Below the pieces are notes generated by a model. That model was given only the letters and a program-made list of their open reading frames with translations. It was not told where the DNA came from and did no database searches. 64,000 bases of DNA from positions 3,088 through 67,087 of the forward strand of contig CAKOQQ010000008.1 in assembly GCA_934101425.1 (NCBI GenBank), written 5' to 3'. Numbering within the stretch: the first letter of the stretch is position 1; each line of letters opens with the position of its first letter. Shown here piece by piece: positions 1 to 10,460 of this stretch. The stretch comes from an uncultured Bacilli bacterium. Its GTDB lineage: Bacteria > Bacillota_I > Bacilli_A > RF39 > UBA660. A program made the translations under genes and the position numbers.

Positions 1-30
1 TTTATTTCTTCATTTGTTTCATTTATTATT

Positions 31-645
31 TCAAACATTGTACACCTCTATAATTTTCATTAAATATAATATAAATAATACTATTAGTATAAGTATTATA
101 ATACTATAAAATATTGTATTTCTTAAAATTTTTGGTAATCTATCTTTTATTTTATTAAATAACTTATATATTAAGAATCCTATAATAGATCCTATTACAT
201 TTAATATAATGTCATCTATATCAAATACTCTACCAATATATCCTTGTATTACCTCTATACTAGTTGATACTAACATAGAGAGTAATAATACTACTGATAC
301 TTTATTTATTTTTAAAAAATATCCTGTGAAAAATCCATATGGCATAAACATTACCATATTACCAATTACATTTTTGATAAACAAATTGCTACCTAGAGTA
401 TACCTAAACATCTCTTTAAATGGTGTAAAGTTATTTCCATAAGATTCTACGTCCTGATATGTTACAACTGTAAACAAACACATTATATATATACCAAATA
501 AGAACATAAGTAGTTCTTTATGAATATATATTTTTTTATCACTTTTAACTAGATATACTATCCTCATGCTAACAAAAATAATAGAACATATTACCAATAT
601 TGGCCATGTATCTCTTAGTACATCTATCATCATATTTCTTAGCAT
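31..645 (-). CDS. VanZ-like family membrane protein
   Basis: 204-aa multi-TM ORF; blocks FTPFKE, NVIGNMVMFMPYGFF, SIEVIQ, GRVFDIDDIILNVIGSIIG resemble the VanZ-like family. Confidence 0.7.
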   Translation of the reverse strand: MLRNMMIDVLRDTWPILVICSIIFVSMRIVYLVKSDKKIYIHKELLMFLFGIYIMCLFTVVTYQDVESYGNNFTPFKEMFRYTLGSNLFIKNVIGNMVMFMPYGFFTGYFLKINKVSVVLLLSMLVSTSIEVIQGYIGRVFDIDDIILNVIGSIIGFLIYKLFNKIKDRLPKILRNTIFYSIIILILIVLFILYLMKIIEVYNV

Positions 646-653
646 AAGACCTC

Positions 654-1811
654 CTAGCGAATAGTTAAATAATCCGTTATATCTTCATAAACAGTATAAA
701 ACATTTCTAGTTCTATTTTACTATTTTTTACATTAACTTTCAACTGTATTTCATTTATTATATACTCTTCTTTACTAAGTTTTTCCTCTATTTTTTCTCT
801 ACTTTTTAAAATAGAAGTTTTAATAGCTTCATCAACATTAAACTTTTTTTCTTTTATCTTTATTTCTTTTTCTATAATTTTATTTAAAGATATTGGTACA
901 TATTTATTTTCAAATATTTTAGTTATTTCTTCATTTTTATATTTAAAACCTTTTTTCAATTTTATATTTTTATCTAAAAAAGAAAAACTATAATTAGTAA
1001 TTTTATTACTTGTATATACTTCTTCTTTATAATTAAAAGGCATGGTAATATTTACTTTATACCATACTTCACCATATACTTTAGCGTTAGCTCTTATAAT
1101 ATCTTTAGTATTATCATTTAATTTAATATCACCACTTACGATTATATCTCCTTTTTTTACATAAGTATCTACATTTTTTACTACTTCTCCACTAGTAGCT
1201 ACTATCTTTTTTATAATAGCATCTTTTTTGCTAATAATGTGTCTTGGCGTATTATCATTTTCTATATTGTTTATTTTTCTTTCTTCTACTTTTACTATAT
1301 ATTTTGTACCACTTACAATTATTTCAATCCACTCTATTTTATCTTTATATTTTTCTTTAATATTATTCTTTATTTTTTCTAATTCTTTATCCCTTTTCTT
1401 TAGTTTATTTATATCAACTCCATTATATTTTAATTCTTTTAAAATAATATTTCTAATCTCTTCTTTATCATGTACAACTTCTATATTAAATATAAATAAA
1501 CTTAATGTATAGATAAGTGCTATACCTAGCATTATAGATAGTAATAATATTTTATTATAATTTATAAGTTTCTTTATCTTAATAAGACCACTATAATCTA
1601 TTTCTTCTACATCATAAATACTTTTTAGTTTTAATACTTTTTCATAATCTTTTTCATATAAACAAATATTTATTTCTTTATAATTAATATAGTCCATACT
1701 AATTATATTTATATGGTTCTTTATAAGTCTATTTATGAAATTATCAATATTTCTGCCACTTAATTTTATAACAATTTTACTTTTAAAACTATCTATAATA
1801 CTATTTTTCAT
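654..1811 (-). CDS. yqfD: sporulation protein YqfD
   Basis: 385 aa, one central TM, directly downstream of a yqfC-like ORF; length and layout typical of YqfD. Confidence 0.8.
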   Translation of the reverse strand: MKNSIIDSFKSKIVIKLSGRNIDNFINRLIKNHINIISMDYINYKEINICLYEKDYEKVLKLKSIYDVEEIDYSGLIKIKKLINYNKILLLSIMLGIALIYTLSLFIFNIEVVHDKEEIRNIILKELKYNGVDINKLKKRDKELEKIKNNIKEKYKDKIEWIEIIVSGTKYIVKVEERKINNIENDNTPRHIISKKDAIIKKIVATSGEVVKNVDTYVKKGDIIVSGDIKLNDNTKDIIRANAKVYGEVWYKVNITMPFNYKEEVYTSNKITNYSFSFLDKNIKLKKGFKYKNEEITKIFENKYVPISLNKIIEKEIKIKEKKFNVDEAIKTSILKSREKIEEKLSKEEYIINEIQLKVNVKNSKIELEMFYTVYEDITDYLTIR

Positions 1812-1814
1812 ATT

Positions 1815-2036
1815 TCACCCATATTCTATACTTTTTATTTTGCCATGAATTAAAATCTCATCTTTTAATAGTTTCTTTATAACTAAATCTTCACCAATTA
1901 CTTTTATAATACCATCTTTATGTTTTAACTTAATTTCTTCTCTTGAAAATGATAATACTTCAAGATAATTAGTTATATAAACATTATCATTTATTATATT
2001 TACTTCTAAACTATCATTTCTTAAATACTCAAACAT
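1815..2036 (-). CDS. yqfC: sporulation protein YqfC
   Basis: 73-aa ORF immediately upstream of yqfD, the conserved yqfC-yqfD pair. Confidence 0.75.
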   Translation of the reverse strand: MFEYLRNDSLEVNIINDNVYITNYLEVLSFSREEIKLKHKDGIIKVIGEDLVIKKLLKDEILIHGKIKSIEYG

Positions 2037-2080
2037 ATTTCACCTTATTTAATTTTATTTTTAGTACAAAAGAAAAAGAA

Positions 2081-2917
2081 CTATTTTTTATAGTTCTTTT
2101 TATATGCTATTTCTAATTCTCTTAATACTTTTTCTCTTAAAGACTGATAAAAAGTAATTATACTACTTATTGTTTCTTTAGGGTATTTAGCTAAATCACT
2201 ATCACTTAATACTAAGTCTAAATCTAGTATACGTTCTAAATCAGCTACTATTTCATATTTATTAAATGAACTTAAGAATTGATCATTTAGACTATATGTA
2301 AATTTAGAATCATCTATAAATGGTACAACATCTTTTTTTGGTGCAAATGGTTTAGATACTTTTCTCATTAAATGTAAATAATCTAGTATGTCATAAGCAC
2401 TTAAGCTATTATCTAATGTCATTATAGTTAAATGATTTAATAGTTCTAACCATTCTTTAGGTAGACCATACCCTCCACCATATTTTCTTCTATCTACTCT
2501 TTCAACTAAGTGTGAATTACTAGTTTTACTTTGATTTAAAATAAAATTTTGATTAGCTAAATCTTCAAGAGGTTTTGCATATATTATTTTTATTGAGCTC
2601 ATAGAACTTAATTCACTAGCTTCACTTTGAATTATATTTACCATATCTTTATATGTTTTATCTTGAAGTAAATGATTTCTGCTTAAAACAAATCCTTTAT
2701 CTTTTCCTAATTCACTTACTATTTGTTTTAATCTTTTAGCTACAAAATATTTATGATGATTAATTCCTTTTGAAAAATATACATATCTATCACAATCCTT
2801 AAATGGATTTACACTTCTGATATTGATATGTTCAAAACTTTTTCCACCTTGAAAACGATACCAAGCGCTAATATCATTAGTGTTTAATCCTTTAAGTGTC
2901 TCATCTAGTAATGCCAT
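2081..2917 (-). CDS. hypothetical protein
   Basis: Long ORF. Listed start is GTG at 2929; the ATG at 2917 preceded by GAGGTGG is the more likely start. No family recognised. Confidence 0.6.
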   Translation of the reverse strand: MALLDETLKGLNTNDISAWYRFQGGKSFEHINIRSVNPFKDCDRYVYFSKGINHHKYFVAKRLKQIVSELGKDKGFVLSRNHLLQDKTYKDMVNIIQSEASELSSMSSIKIIYAKPLEDLANQNFILNQSKTSNSHLVERVDRRKYGGGYGLPKEWLELLNHLTIMTLDNSLSAYDILDYLHLMRKVSKPFAPKKDVVPFIDDSKFTYSLNDQFLSSFNKYEIVADLERILDLDLVLSDSDLAKYPKETISSIITFYQSLREKVLRELEIAYKKNYKK

Positions 2918-2989
2918 ATGCCACCTCACGGCTAATTATATTAACATAATCATATATTTTAGTCAAATAAAAGAAGTATATGTATACTT

Positions 2990-5900
2990 CTATTTATTAT
3001 CTAATTCTTTATAATAATTGTATCTTGAAATAGCATTATTCTTATTAGATTCTAATAATTCTTTATAATGATCTTCATTTACTTTTTTTAGCATATTATA
3101 TCTATTTTGCATACTTAAGAATTCATCATATAAGTCAAAATTAACATTTTTAGAATCTAAAGTAAATTTCTTATCTACTGGATTATAATGGAATATTGGG
3201 AAGTATCCACATTCTGTTGCTAATTTTTCCATCAATATACTATTTTCCATACCACCTTTTATACCATGTGATATACATGGACTATAAGCTATTATAATAG
3301 ATGGTCCATTATAATTTTCTGCTTCTTTAAATACTTTTAGTAATTGATTCATATTAGCTCCCATACTTACAGTTGCTACATATACATGTGGATATGATAA
3401 GGCTATACGAGCTAAATCTTTTTTAGCATTTTGTTTACCTTTTGCTGCAAATAATGCAACTGCTCCTTTAGGGCTTGCTTTACTAGCTTGTCCTCCAGTA
3501 TTTGAATATACTTGACTATCAAGTACTAATATATTTACATTATCATTTGTAGATAATACATGATCTATTCCACCATATCCTATATCATATGCCCAGCCAT
3601 CACCACCGATAGCCCATACACTTCTTTTAGCGATATAGTCTTTTAATTCATTTAATTCTTTTGGACAAGTATTATAGTCTAGGCTATCATATACTTGTTT
3701 AGTTATATCATAATTATCTATATTATTTATATATAACTCAAATAATTCACGGTTAGGATTATCCATATTATTTTCCATTATAGTTTTAATTCTATCTCTT
3801 ATTGTTTTATTTCCAATAAGTATACCATAACCATATTCAGCATTATCTTCAAATAAACTATTAGACCAAGGTAAGTTATATGGAGTTGATGGTACTGATC
3901 CACCATAAATAGATGAACATCCTGTAGCATTAGCTATTATCATGTTATCGCCAAATAATTGAGTTAATACTTTTATATATGGAGTTTCTCCACATCCTTG
4001 ACAAGCTCCACTATATTTAAATTTAGATTCTGTAAATTGACTATTAATAACATTATCTTTATTTATATGTTTATCTTTTATATTTTTACTTAAATAGTTA
4101 TATATATCTTGTTCTTCACTATTTAAAGGAGTAAGCGATAACGCCTTATTAGGACAATTATTTATACATACTTTGCATCCAGTACAATCCATCACTGAGA
4201 AACTAAGTAAATAATAATAGTCTTTTAATGCTGGTAATACTGGTTTTTTACATTTATTTTTTATATTATCCGGTAATTTACTATATTCTTCTTCATCTAT
4301 TAAAAATGGTCTTATTACTGCGTGAGGACAAATAAATGAACATTTATTACACATAATACATTTACTTATATCACAAGTTGGAACAGATGATGATATTCCT
4401 CTTTTATCAAATTTACTAGTATTAGGCATAAATGTACCATCTCTAAGAGGTATAAATTTAGATACTGGAATACTATCTCCTTTTCTATCTGACATTTCTT
4501 CATATAAGCTAGTTCCATAAGATACAAATTTACCTTCTAAATTGTCTAAATTTACTTCTTTTAAATAATTAACTGCTTCATCAATTGCTTTATAATTAGC
4601 TAAAACTACATCATCACCTTTTTTAGAAAATTTGTTTTTAGCATATAATTTCATTTCTTCTTTTGTTCTATCATAATCTATTACATTTGATAAATATAGA
4701 ATTACACTTTCCATAATAGTACTTATTTTACCAGGCAAGTTAATTTCTTCTGCTAGTTTATAAGCATTTATTGTATAGAATTTTATATTTTTTTCTAATA
4801 TTATTTTTTTTATATCATTATTTATTTTATTTAATTCATCAATATCTTTTTCGGTATTTAATATAAAAATACCATTTTCTTTTATATGTTCTAACATATT
4901 ATATTTATCTAAATATGTATCTTTAGTACATACTACTAATTTAGGATTTTCTACATAATATGTAGATTTTATTTTATTGTCATCAAATCTTAAATGACCA
5001 ATTGTTACTCCACCTGATTTTTTAGAATCATATTGAAAATATCCTTGTACATATTTATCTGTTAAGTTACCTACTAATTTTATAATTGATTTACAAGCTG
5101 ATACCATTCCATCAGATCCATACCCATATACTAAGAATTCTAAAGAATTACTTATTTTATATGTTTTATCAACTTCTAAACTTAAATTAGTAACATCATC
5201 ATTTATACCTATAGTAAAGTTATTTTTAGGATTATCAAGCATATCAAATACAGCTTTTATCATAGCGGCATTGGTATCTTTACTAGATAATCCATATCTA
5301 CCACCTACAATATTTATATTTTTATCTTTTAAAGCTGCTACTACATCTAAATATAATGGTTCACCAATACTTCCTGCTTCTTTAGTTCTATCTAAAACTG
5401 CAATACTTTCTACTGTAGAAGGTAAGACATTAAGTAAATGTTTTACACTAAATGGTCTATATAGATGTACTTCTATAAGGCCTATATCACCCTTTTCATA
5501 ATCAATAACACTTTTTATAGTTTCTGTTACTGATCCCATTGCTACTATTACTTTTTTAGCTGTTTTACTACCATAATAATTAAATGGCTTATAATCAGTA
5601 TTAGCGATTTTATTTATATCCATCATATATTTTTCTACAATATCTGCTACTTTATTATAATCATTATTTCTAGATTCTGTTATTTGAAAATATACATCAT
5701 CGTTTTCTGCAGTACCTCTTGTAAATGGTTTATTTGGATTTAGGGCTTTAGCTCTAAATTTATTTATACTATCATAAGGAACTAAAGGTTTTATATCCTC
5801 TAATTCTAAAGCATTTATCTTATCTATTTCATGACTAGTTCTAAAACCATCAAAGAAATGTAAAAATGGAATACTAGATTTAATACTAGATAAATGAGCT

Positions 5901-6352
5901 ACAGCAGCTAAATGATTAGCATTTTCAACACTACTTGATGCTAATATACAAAAACCAGTTTGTCTAGTTGCATATATATCTTGGTGATCTCCAAATATAC
6001 TAAGAGCATGAGTAGCTAGACTTCTTGCAGCTACATGAATAACTGCTGGTAACATTTCACCAGCCATTTTATACATATTAGGAATCATTAAAAGTAATCC
6101 TTGACTAGCTGTAAAAGTAGTAGTTAAAAGTCCTGATTGTAGTGATCCATGTACAAGGCCAGCGGCTCCTGCTTCACTTTGCATTTCAACTACTTTAACA
6201 CTATCATTAAAAATATTTTTTCTATCACTCCAATTATCAATACTTTCTGCCATTGGACTTGATGGTGTAATAGGATATATACCTGCTACTTCGGTAAACA
6301 TATATGCTGTGCTAGCACAAGCTTCATTTCCATCTACTGTTATTTTTCTCAT
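2990..6352 (-). CDS. por: pyruvate:ferredoxin (flavodoxin) oxidoreductase
   Basis: 1120 aa; two 4Fe-4S ferredoxin motifs (CIMCNKCSFICP, CTGCKVCINNCP); TPP motif GGDGWAYDIGYGG; full-length PFOR/NifJ architecture. Confidence 0.95.
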   Translation of the reverse strand: MRKITVDGNEACASTAYMFTEVAGIYPITPSSPMAESIDNWSDRKNIFNDSVKVVEMQSEAGAAGLVHGSLQSGLLTTTFTASQGLLLMIPNMYKMAGEMLPAVIHVAARSLATHALSIFGDHQDIYATRQTGFCILASSSVENANHLAAVAHLSSIKSSIPFLHFFDGFRTSHEIDKINALELEDIKPLVPYDSINKFRAKALNPNKPFTRGTAENDDVYFQITESRNNDYNKVADIVEKYMMDINKIANTDYKPFNYYGSKTAKKVIVAMGSVTETIKSVIDYEKGDIGLIEVHLYRPFSVKHLLNVLPSTVESIAVLDRTKEAGSIGEPLYLDVVAALKDKNINIVGGRYGLSSKDTNAAMIKAVFDMLDNPKNNFTIGINDDVTNLSLEVDKTYKISNSLEFLVYGYGSDGMVSACKSIIKLVGNLTDKYVQGYFQYDSKKSGGVTIGHLRFDDNKIKSTYYVENPKLVVCTKDTYLDKYNMLEHIKENGIFILNTEKDIDELNKINNDIKKIILEKNIKFYTINAYKLAEEINLPGKISTIMESVILYLSNVIDYDRTKEEMKLYAKNKFSKKGDDVVLANYKAIDEAVNYLKEVNLDNLEGKFVSYGTSLYEEMSDRKGDSIPVSKFIPLRDGTFMPNTSKFDKRGISSSVPTCDISKCIMCNKCSFICPHAVIRPFLIDEEEYSKLPDNIKNKCKKPVLPALKDYYYLLSFSVMDCTGCKVCINNCPNKALSLTPLNSEEQDIYNYLSKNIKDKHINKDNVINSQFTESKFKYSGACQGCGETPYIKVLTQLFGDNMIIANATGCSSIYGGSVPSTPYNLPWSNSLFEDNAEYGYGILIGNKTIRDRIKTIMENNMDNPNRELFELYINNIDNYDITKQVYDSLDYNTCPKELNELKDYIAKRSVWAIGGDGWAYDIGYGGIDHVLSTNDNVNILVLDSQVYSNTGGQASKASPKGAVALFAAKGKQNAKKDLARIALSYPHVYVATVSMGANMNQLLKVFKEAENYNGPSIIIAYSPCISHGIKGGMENSILMEKLATECGYFPIFHYNPVDKKFTLDSKNVNFDLYDEFLSMQNRYNMLKKVNEDHYKELLESNKNNAISRYNYYKELDNK

Positions 6353-6353
6353 T

Positions 6354-6986
6354 TTATTTTTCTCCCTCTTTTAATGAATTTATTTTACTTTCATATTCTC
6401 CATTAGTTATATAACTACCAACCACTGATATATTAGCTTCTTTTATTTTCTTTATTGTTTCATTATTTATTCCACCATCTACTTCTATTACGTAGTTATA
6501 ACTATGTTGTAATTTATATAATTCTTCTACTTTTTCTTTGCTAGATTCTATAAATGCTTGTCCTCCACGACCAGGTTCTACGCTCATAACTAATACTAAA
6601 TCAATATTTTTTAGATATGGAATTATTTTATCTACACTAGTATTAGGTTTTATTGATAAACCTACTTTTATACCTTTATTTTTTATATAATTTATATCAC
6701 CCAATATATCTTTACTAGCTTCATAATGAAATGTTATATATTCTGGATTTAAATTACTATACATATCTACATACTCTTTAATATCTTCTACCATTAAATG
6801 AATATCCTTTTTATGGGTAGTATCCTTTAAAATAGAAGCTGCTTCTAAATAATCCATTGTTTTATTTGTAACAAAGACACCATCCATTACATCTACATGT
6901 ATATAATCTATATTTAATTTATCTATTTTACTTAATTCTTCTTTTATATTATCTTTTATACTTAAGTATGATACTGCTATTTTCAT
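6354..6986 (-). CDS. rpe: ribulose-phosphate 3-epimerase
   Basis: 210 aa; HVDVMDG, VMSVEPGRGGQ and EVDGGIN motifs. Confidence 0.9.
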   Translation of the reverse strand: MKIAVSYLSIKDNIKEELSKIDKLNIDYIHVDVMDGVFVTNKTMDYLEAASILKDTTHKKDIHLMVEDIKEYVDMYSNLNPEYITFHYEASKDILGDINYIKNKGIKVGLSIKPNTSVDKIIPYLKNIDLVLVMSVEPGRGGQAFIESSKEKVEELYKLQHSYNYVIEVDGGINNETIKKIKEANISVVGSYITNGEYESKINSLKEGEK

Positions 6987-7070
6987 ATTATCACCATTAT
7001 AATTTTATCATATTTTTTTATTTTATTCTATAAAAACACATTATTATAATTTATATGTTATGTTTATTTA

Positions 7071-7108
7071 ACAAGGGGCTTGGTATATTTGTATATCAAG
7101 TCCCTTGT
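7071..7108. repeat. 12-bp-arm inverted repeat (ACAAGGGGCTTG / CAAGTCCCTTGT) with 14-nt spacer
   Basis: Read directly. One G:T position, so it pairs fully only as plus-strand RNA. No U-tract follows. Confidence 0.6.
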
Positions 7109-7114
7109 ATTTAC

Positions 7115-7140
7115 AAAAAAACACACTTAGTGTGTTTTTC
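7115..7140 (-). terminator. rho-independent terminator after rsgA
   Basis: AAAAACACAC-TAA-GTGTGTTTTT followed by a T-run on the minus strand. A/T-flanked, so potentially bidirectional. Confidence 0.75.
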
Positions 7141-7186
7141 TTAGACTACTTACAAAGTAAAATTTGACAATAGTCTGAAATACCTT

Positions 7187-8023
7187 TTAAAAGGTATTTT
7201 TTTTATCTATAAATTTTAAATAATTTAAATATCTAGAATTTAATATATTAGTACCTACTTGTCTTTTAATTTCACAATCATCTTCCTTATTATGCATACA
7301 ATCTTTATATTTGCATAAACCTCTATATTTATTAAATTCTATCATATTATCTCTTATATCACTTTCAGTCATACCACTAAAATCTAATGAACTAAATCCT
7401 GGTGTATCTGCTACTAAACCACCTTCTAAACTAAATAATTCAGTATGTCTTGTAGTATGTTTACCTCTATTTAAGGCTTTACTTATTTCATTTGTTTTTA
7501 AGTTAAAATCACTATTTAATCTATTTAATAAACTAGATTTACCACTACCACTTTGTCCTGTAAATACAGTTACTTTATCCTTAAATATATTTTTTATATT
7601 TAAATCATTATTATAGTAAACATTATATCCAATAGATTCATAATACTTTTTATAATCATCTATTACTTTAAATTCATCTTTACTTAATAAATCTATTTTA
7701 GAAATACATATTATAGGTTTAATATTATTAAATTCTATTGTTACTAATAATTTATCTAATAAGTTAGTATCAAAATCAGGACTTTTACTACTTGCTAATA
7801 TTACTACTTGATCTATATTAGCAACACTAGGTCTTACAAGAGAATTTTTTCTCTTTTTTATTTCTAATATATAATTACTATTTTCATCAAATACTACATT
7901 ATCACCAACTAATGGTATTTCTTTAGTATTTCTAAATTTACCTCTTGGTTTACAAACATATAATTTATCAGATGATTTAATAGTATAATCATTACTAATA
8001 TTTTTTACTATTTTACCTTCCAT
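7187..8023 (-). CDS. rsgA: ribosome small-subunit biogenesis GTPase RsgA
   Basis: Circularly permuted GTPase motifs (ISKIDL, GQSGSGKSSL); C-terminal zinc cluster C..C.H.....C. Confidence 0.9.
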   Translation of the reverse strand: MEGKIVKNISNDYTIKSSDKLYVCKPRGKFRNTKEIPLVGDNVVFDENSNYILEIKKRKNSLVRPSVANIDQVVILASSKSPDFDTNLLDKLLVTIEFNNIKPIICISKIDLLSKDEFKVIDDYKKYYESIGYNVYYNNDLNIKNIFKDKVTVFTGQSGSGKSSLLNRLNSDFNLKTNEISKALNRGKHTTRHTELFSLEGGLVADTPGFSSLDFSGMTESDIRDNMIEFNKYRGLCKYKDCMHNKEDDCEIKRQVGTNILNSRYLNYLKFIDKKNTF

Positions 8024-9723
8024 TATTCACCTTTAGCGACTGCAATTTTAATAACTAATGATGCTTTTGCAGTTACAACAGATCCTTCTGGTCTACTTTG
8101 TGAAATAATAACTCCTGGTGCATATTCATCTGTTTCTACTTCTGTGAAACTACAATTTATATCATTATCAGAGCAGAATGATTCAATAGAAGCTCTACTA
8201 TAACCTTCTAAATTAAAGTTAGGATAAGTTACTACTATATCTGGAATAGTAAGTGTTATAGAATCTCCTTCTTCAAGTAATTTTCCAGGTTCAATGCTTT
8301 GTTTAATAATTTGATTCTTTTTATATTTAGAATCAGATTTATTTACTTCCATTTTTTCAGGGAATACATATAAACCTTTTTCTTCTAACATTTTTTTAAC
8401 TTCATCATAGTCTTTACCAACGTAGTTTTCTATTTTAATGGCGTTACTACCTTTAGAAATAATTAAAGTTATTTTTGTATCTTTAACTCTTTTTGCTCCT
8501 GCTACTGGACTAGTAGATATAACACTACCTTCTGCTACATCATTACTATATTTTTCTTCATATTCATCTGCTACTATAAAACCTTTTTCTTTTAGTTTAT
8601 TTTCAGCTTCTAAAATAGTTAAACCAGCTACATTAGGAACTTCTATTTCTTCTTTTGTTTTACCTGTTGAGAAAAATATAACAAATACTAAACTAGCAGC
8701 TACTAGAAATAAGAAAATTGCTCCACTTATCCATACCGCTAAATCTAAACCTTTTTTCTTCTTTTGTTTTACCACCTTATTTTCTCCTTCTTCTTTTCTT
8801 TCTTCTCTTATAAATTCTTTTACATCTTCTAGATTCTTAGTTTCTTCAATATCTTCATGTTCAGGGTAACTATAAACTAATCTTCTAACATTTCTATTTT
8901 CTTCTTTCATACATTCTAATAAATCATTTCTCATTTCAGTAACATTTTTATATCTATTTTTGGGATTTTTTGCACAACATGCTAAGATAATATTTTCTAC
9001 TGATTGAGGTATTTCAGGATTTATCTTTGTAACACTAGGAATTGGTTCTTTTAACTGTTTAATTGCTACTTCAACAGCGTTATCACCTTTAAATGGTACT
9101 TTACCAGTTAATAATTCAAACATCAATATTCCCATAGAATATATATCACTTCTTATTGTAGAACCACTACCATTTGCCATTTCCGGTGGAAGATAATGAA
9201 CACTTCCCATTACAGAATTTGTTTGTGTAAGTTCTTGAGCATTTATGGCAGTTGCAATACCAAAGTCAGTTACTTTAATAGTACCATCATCAAGCATAAG
9301 AATATTTTGTGGTTTAATATCTCTATGAATTATATATTTATCATGAGCACATTCTATAGCACTAGTAAGTTGTAACATAATATCTATTACTTCTGGTAAT
9401 GTAAGCGCTCCTCTTTTTTTAATTAAATTTTTAAGAGTTTGACCATCAATATATTCCATTACAATAAAATAATTATCATCATCCTTACCAACATCATACA
9501 TTTCTACAACATTAGGATGAATAATAGTAGCGGCCGCATTAGCTTCTCTTTGAAATTTTTTTACAAATTTTTCATCTTGAGCTAAATCACCTCTTAATAT
9601 TTTAACAGCTACATTACGATCTAATATAGTGTCATGAGCTAAATAAACATTAGCCATTCCACCTTCACCAATACTTCTAATTATTTGGTATCTATCATTT
9701 ATTTTTTGACCTTTCATTAGCAT
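8023..9723 (-). CDS. prkC: Ser/Thr protein kinase with PASTA repeats (PrkC type)
   Basis: Hanks kinase motifs (GEGGMANVY, HRDIKPQN, DFGIA), one TM, three PASTA-like repeats. Overlaps the phosphatase gene by 1 nt. Confidence 0.9.
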   Translation of the reverse strand: MLMKGQKINDRYQIIRSIGEGGMANVYLAHDTILDRNVAVKILRGDLAQDEKFVKKFQREANAAATIIHPNVVEMYDVGKDDDNYFIVMEYIDGQTLKNLIKKRGALTLPEVIDIMLQLTSAIECAHDKYIIHRDIKPQNILMLDDGTIKVTDFGIATAINAQELTQTNSVMGSVHYLPPEMANGSGSTIRSDIYSMGILMFELLTGKVPFKGDNAVEVAIKQLKEPIPSVTKINPEIPQSVENIILACCAKNPKNRYKNVTEMRNDLLECMKEENRNVRRLVYSYPEHEDIEETKNLEDVKEFIREERKEEGENKVVKQKKKKGLDLAVWISGAIFLFLVAASLVFVIFFSTGKTKEEIEVPNVAGLTILEAENKLKEKGFIVADEYEEKYSNDVAEGSVISTSPVAGAKRVKDTKITLIISKGSNAIKIENYVGKDYDEVKKMLEEKGLYVFPEKMEVNKSDSKYKKNQIIKQSIEPGKLLEEGDSITLTIPDIVVTYPNFNLEGYSRASIESFCSDNDINCSFTEVETDEYAPGVIISQSRPEGSVVTAKASLVIKIAVAKGE

Positions 9724-10460
9724 TATTTACCACCTCGCATATCTAAGAAAGCGACTGTTATATTATCAGTACCACCTCTATTGTTGCTTTTTGATATAAG
9801 TTTTTGTAGTTTTTCTTCTATTGTTTTATGTTCATCTAATACTTTTTCTATTGCTTCTTCACTAAGCATATTAGTTAAACCATCACTACATAAGAAAATT
9901 CCTTCTACATTATCTTCAACATCAAATATATCCATTTCTACTTTTTTATCTGCACCAAGTGCTCTCATAAGTACATTCTTTCTTGGATGATTCTTAGCTT
10001 CTTCTTCACTTAATTCTCCACTTCTTACTAATAAGTTTACTAATGTATGATCAGTAGTTATTTTATGTAATCTCTTATTTTTAAGTACATATCCAGAACT
10101 ATCTCCTATATTACCAAATAACAAGAAATCTTTAGTATATAAAGCTAGTACTAAAGTTGTACCCATACCTTCACTACCTGGATTTTCACTAGTATATTTA
10201 TATATTGCTGCATTAGCTTCTCCAACTATTTCTTTTATCCAATTTATAGTATCTTCTTTAGAACCAATTTTACTTATTTGTTCAAATCTTTTACCAATTT
10301 TATTAACAACGATATTTGATGCTATTTCTCCTCCAGTATGCCCTCCCATACCATCAGCTACTATAAGTAAATATTCATCAAAATCATTTTTGATAATAAG
10401 GACACTATCTTCATTTCTTTCCCTAACTTTTCCAGGATCAGTTAAATAAAAATATTCCAT
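9723..10460 (-). CDS. prpC: PP2C-family Ser/Thr phosphatase (Stp/PrpC)
   Basis: RERNEDS, ADGMGGH, SDGL and GGTDNIT motifs. Confidence 0.9.
   Translation of the reverse strand: MEYFYLTDPGKVRERNEDSVLIIKNDFDEYLLIVADGMGGHTGGEIASNIVVNKIGKRFEQISKIGSKEDTINWIKEIVGEANAAIYKYTSENPGSEGMGTTLVLALYTKDFLLFGNIGDSSGYVLKNKRLHKITTDHTLVNLLVRSGELSEEEAKNHPRKNVLMRALGADKKVEMDIFDVEDNVEGIFLCSDGLTNMLSEEAIEKVLDEHKTIEEKLQKLISKSNNRGGTDNITVAFLDMRGGK

Noticed and set aside
209-442. Plus-strand 77-aa ORF inside the VanZ-like gene. Similar antisense ORFs occur at 1228-1512, 5271-5501, 7311-7616, 8438-8869, 9781-9990, 22392-22745, 34428-34958, 36179-36505, 39330-39587, 42372-42629, 43101-43400, 52764-53036, 53577-53828, 54452-54754, 56747-56947 and 61452-61703.
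   Set aside because: All lie antisense within long, well-supported minus-strand genes. They have low-complexity Leu/Ser/Phe/Ile-rich translations typical of the reverse strand of AT-rich coding DNA, and no RBS or family resemblance.
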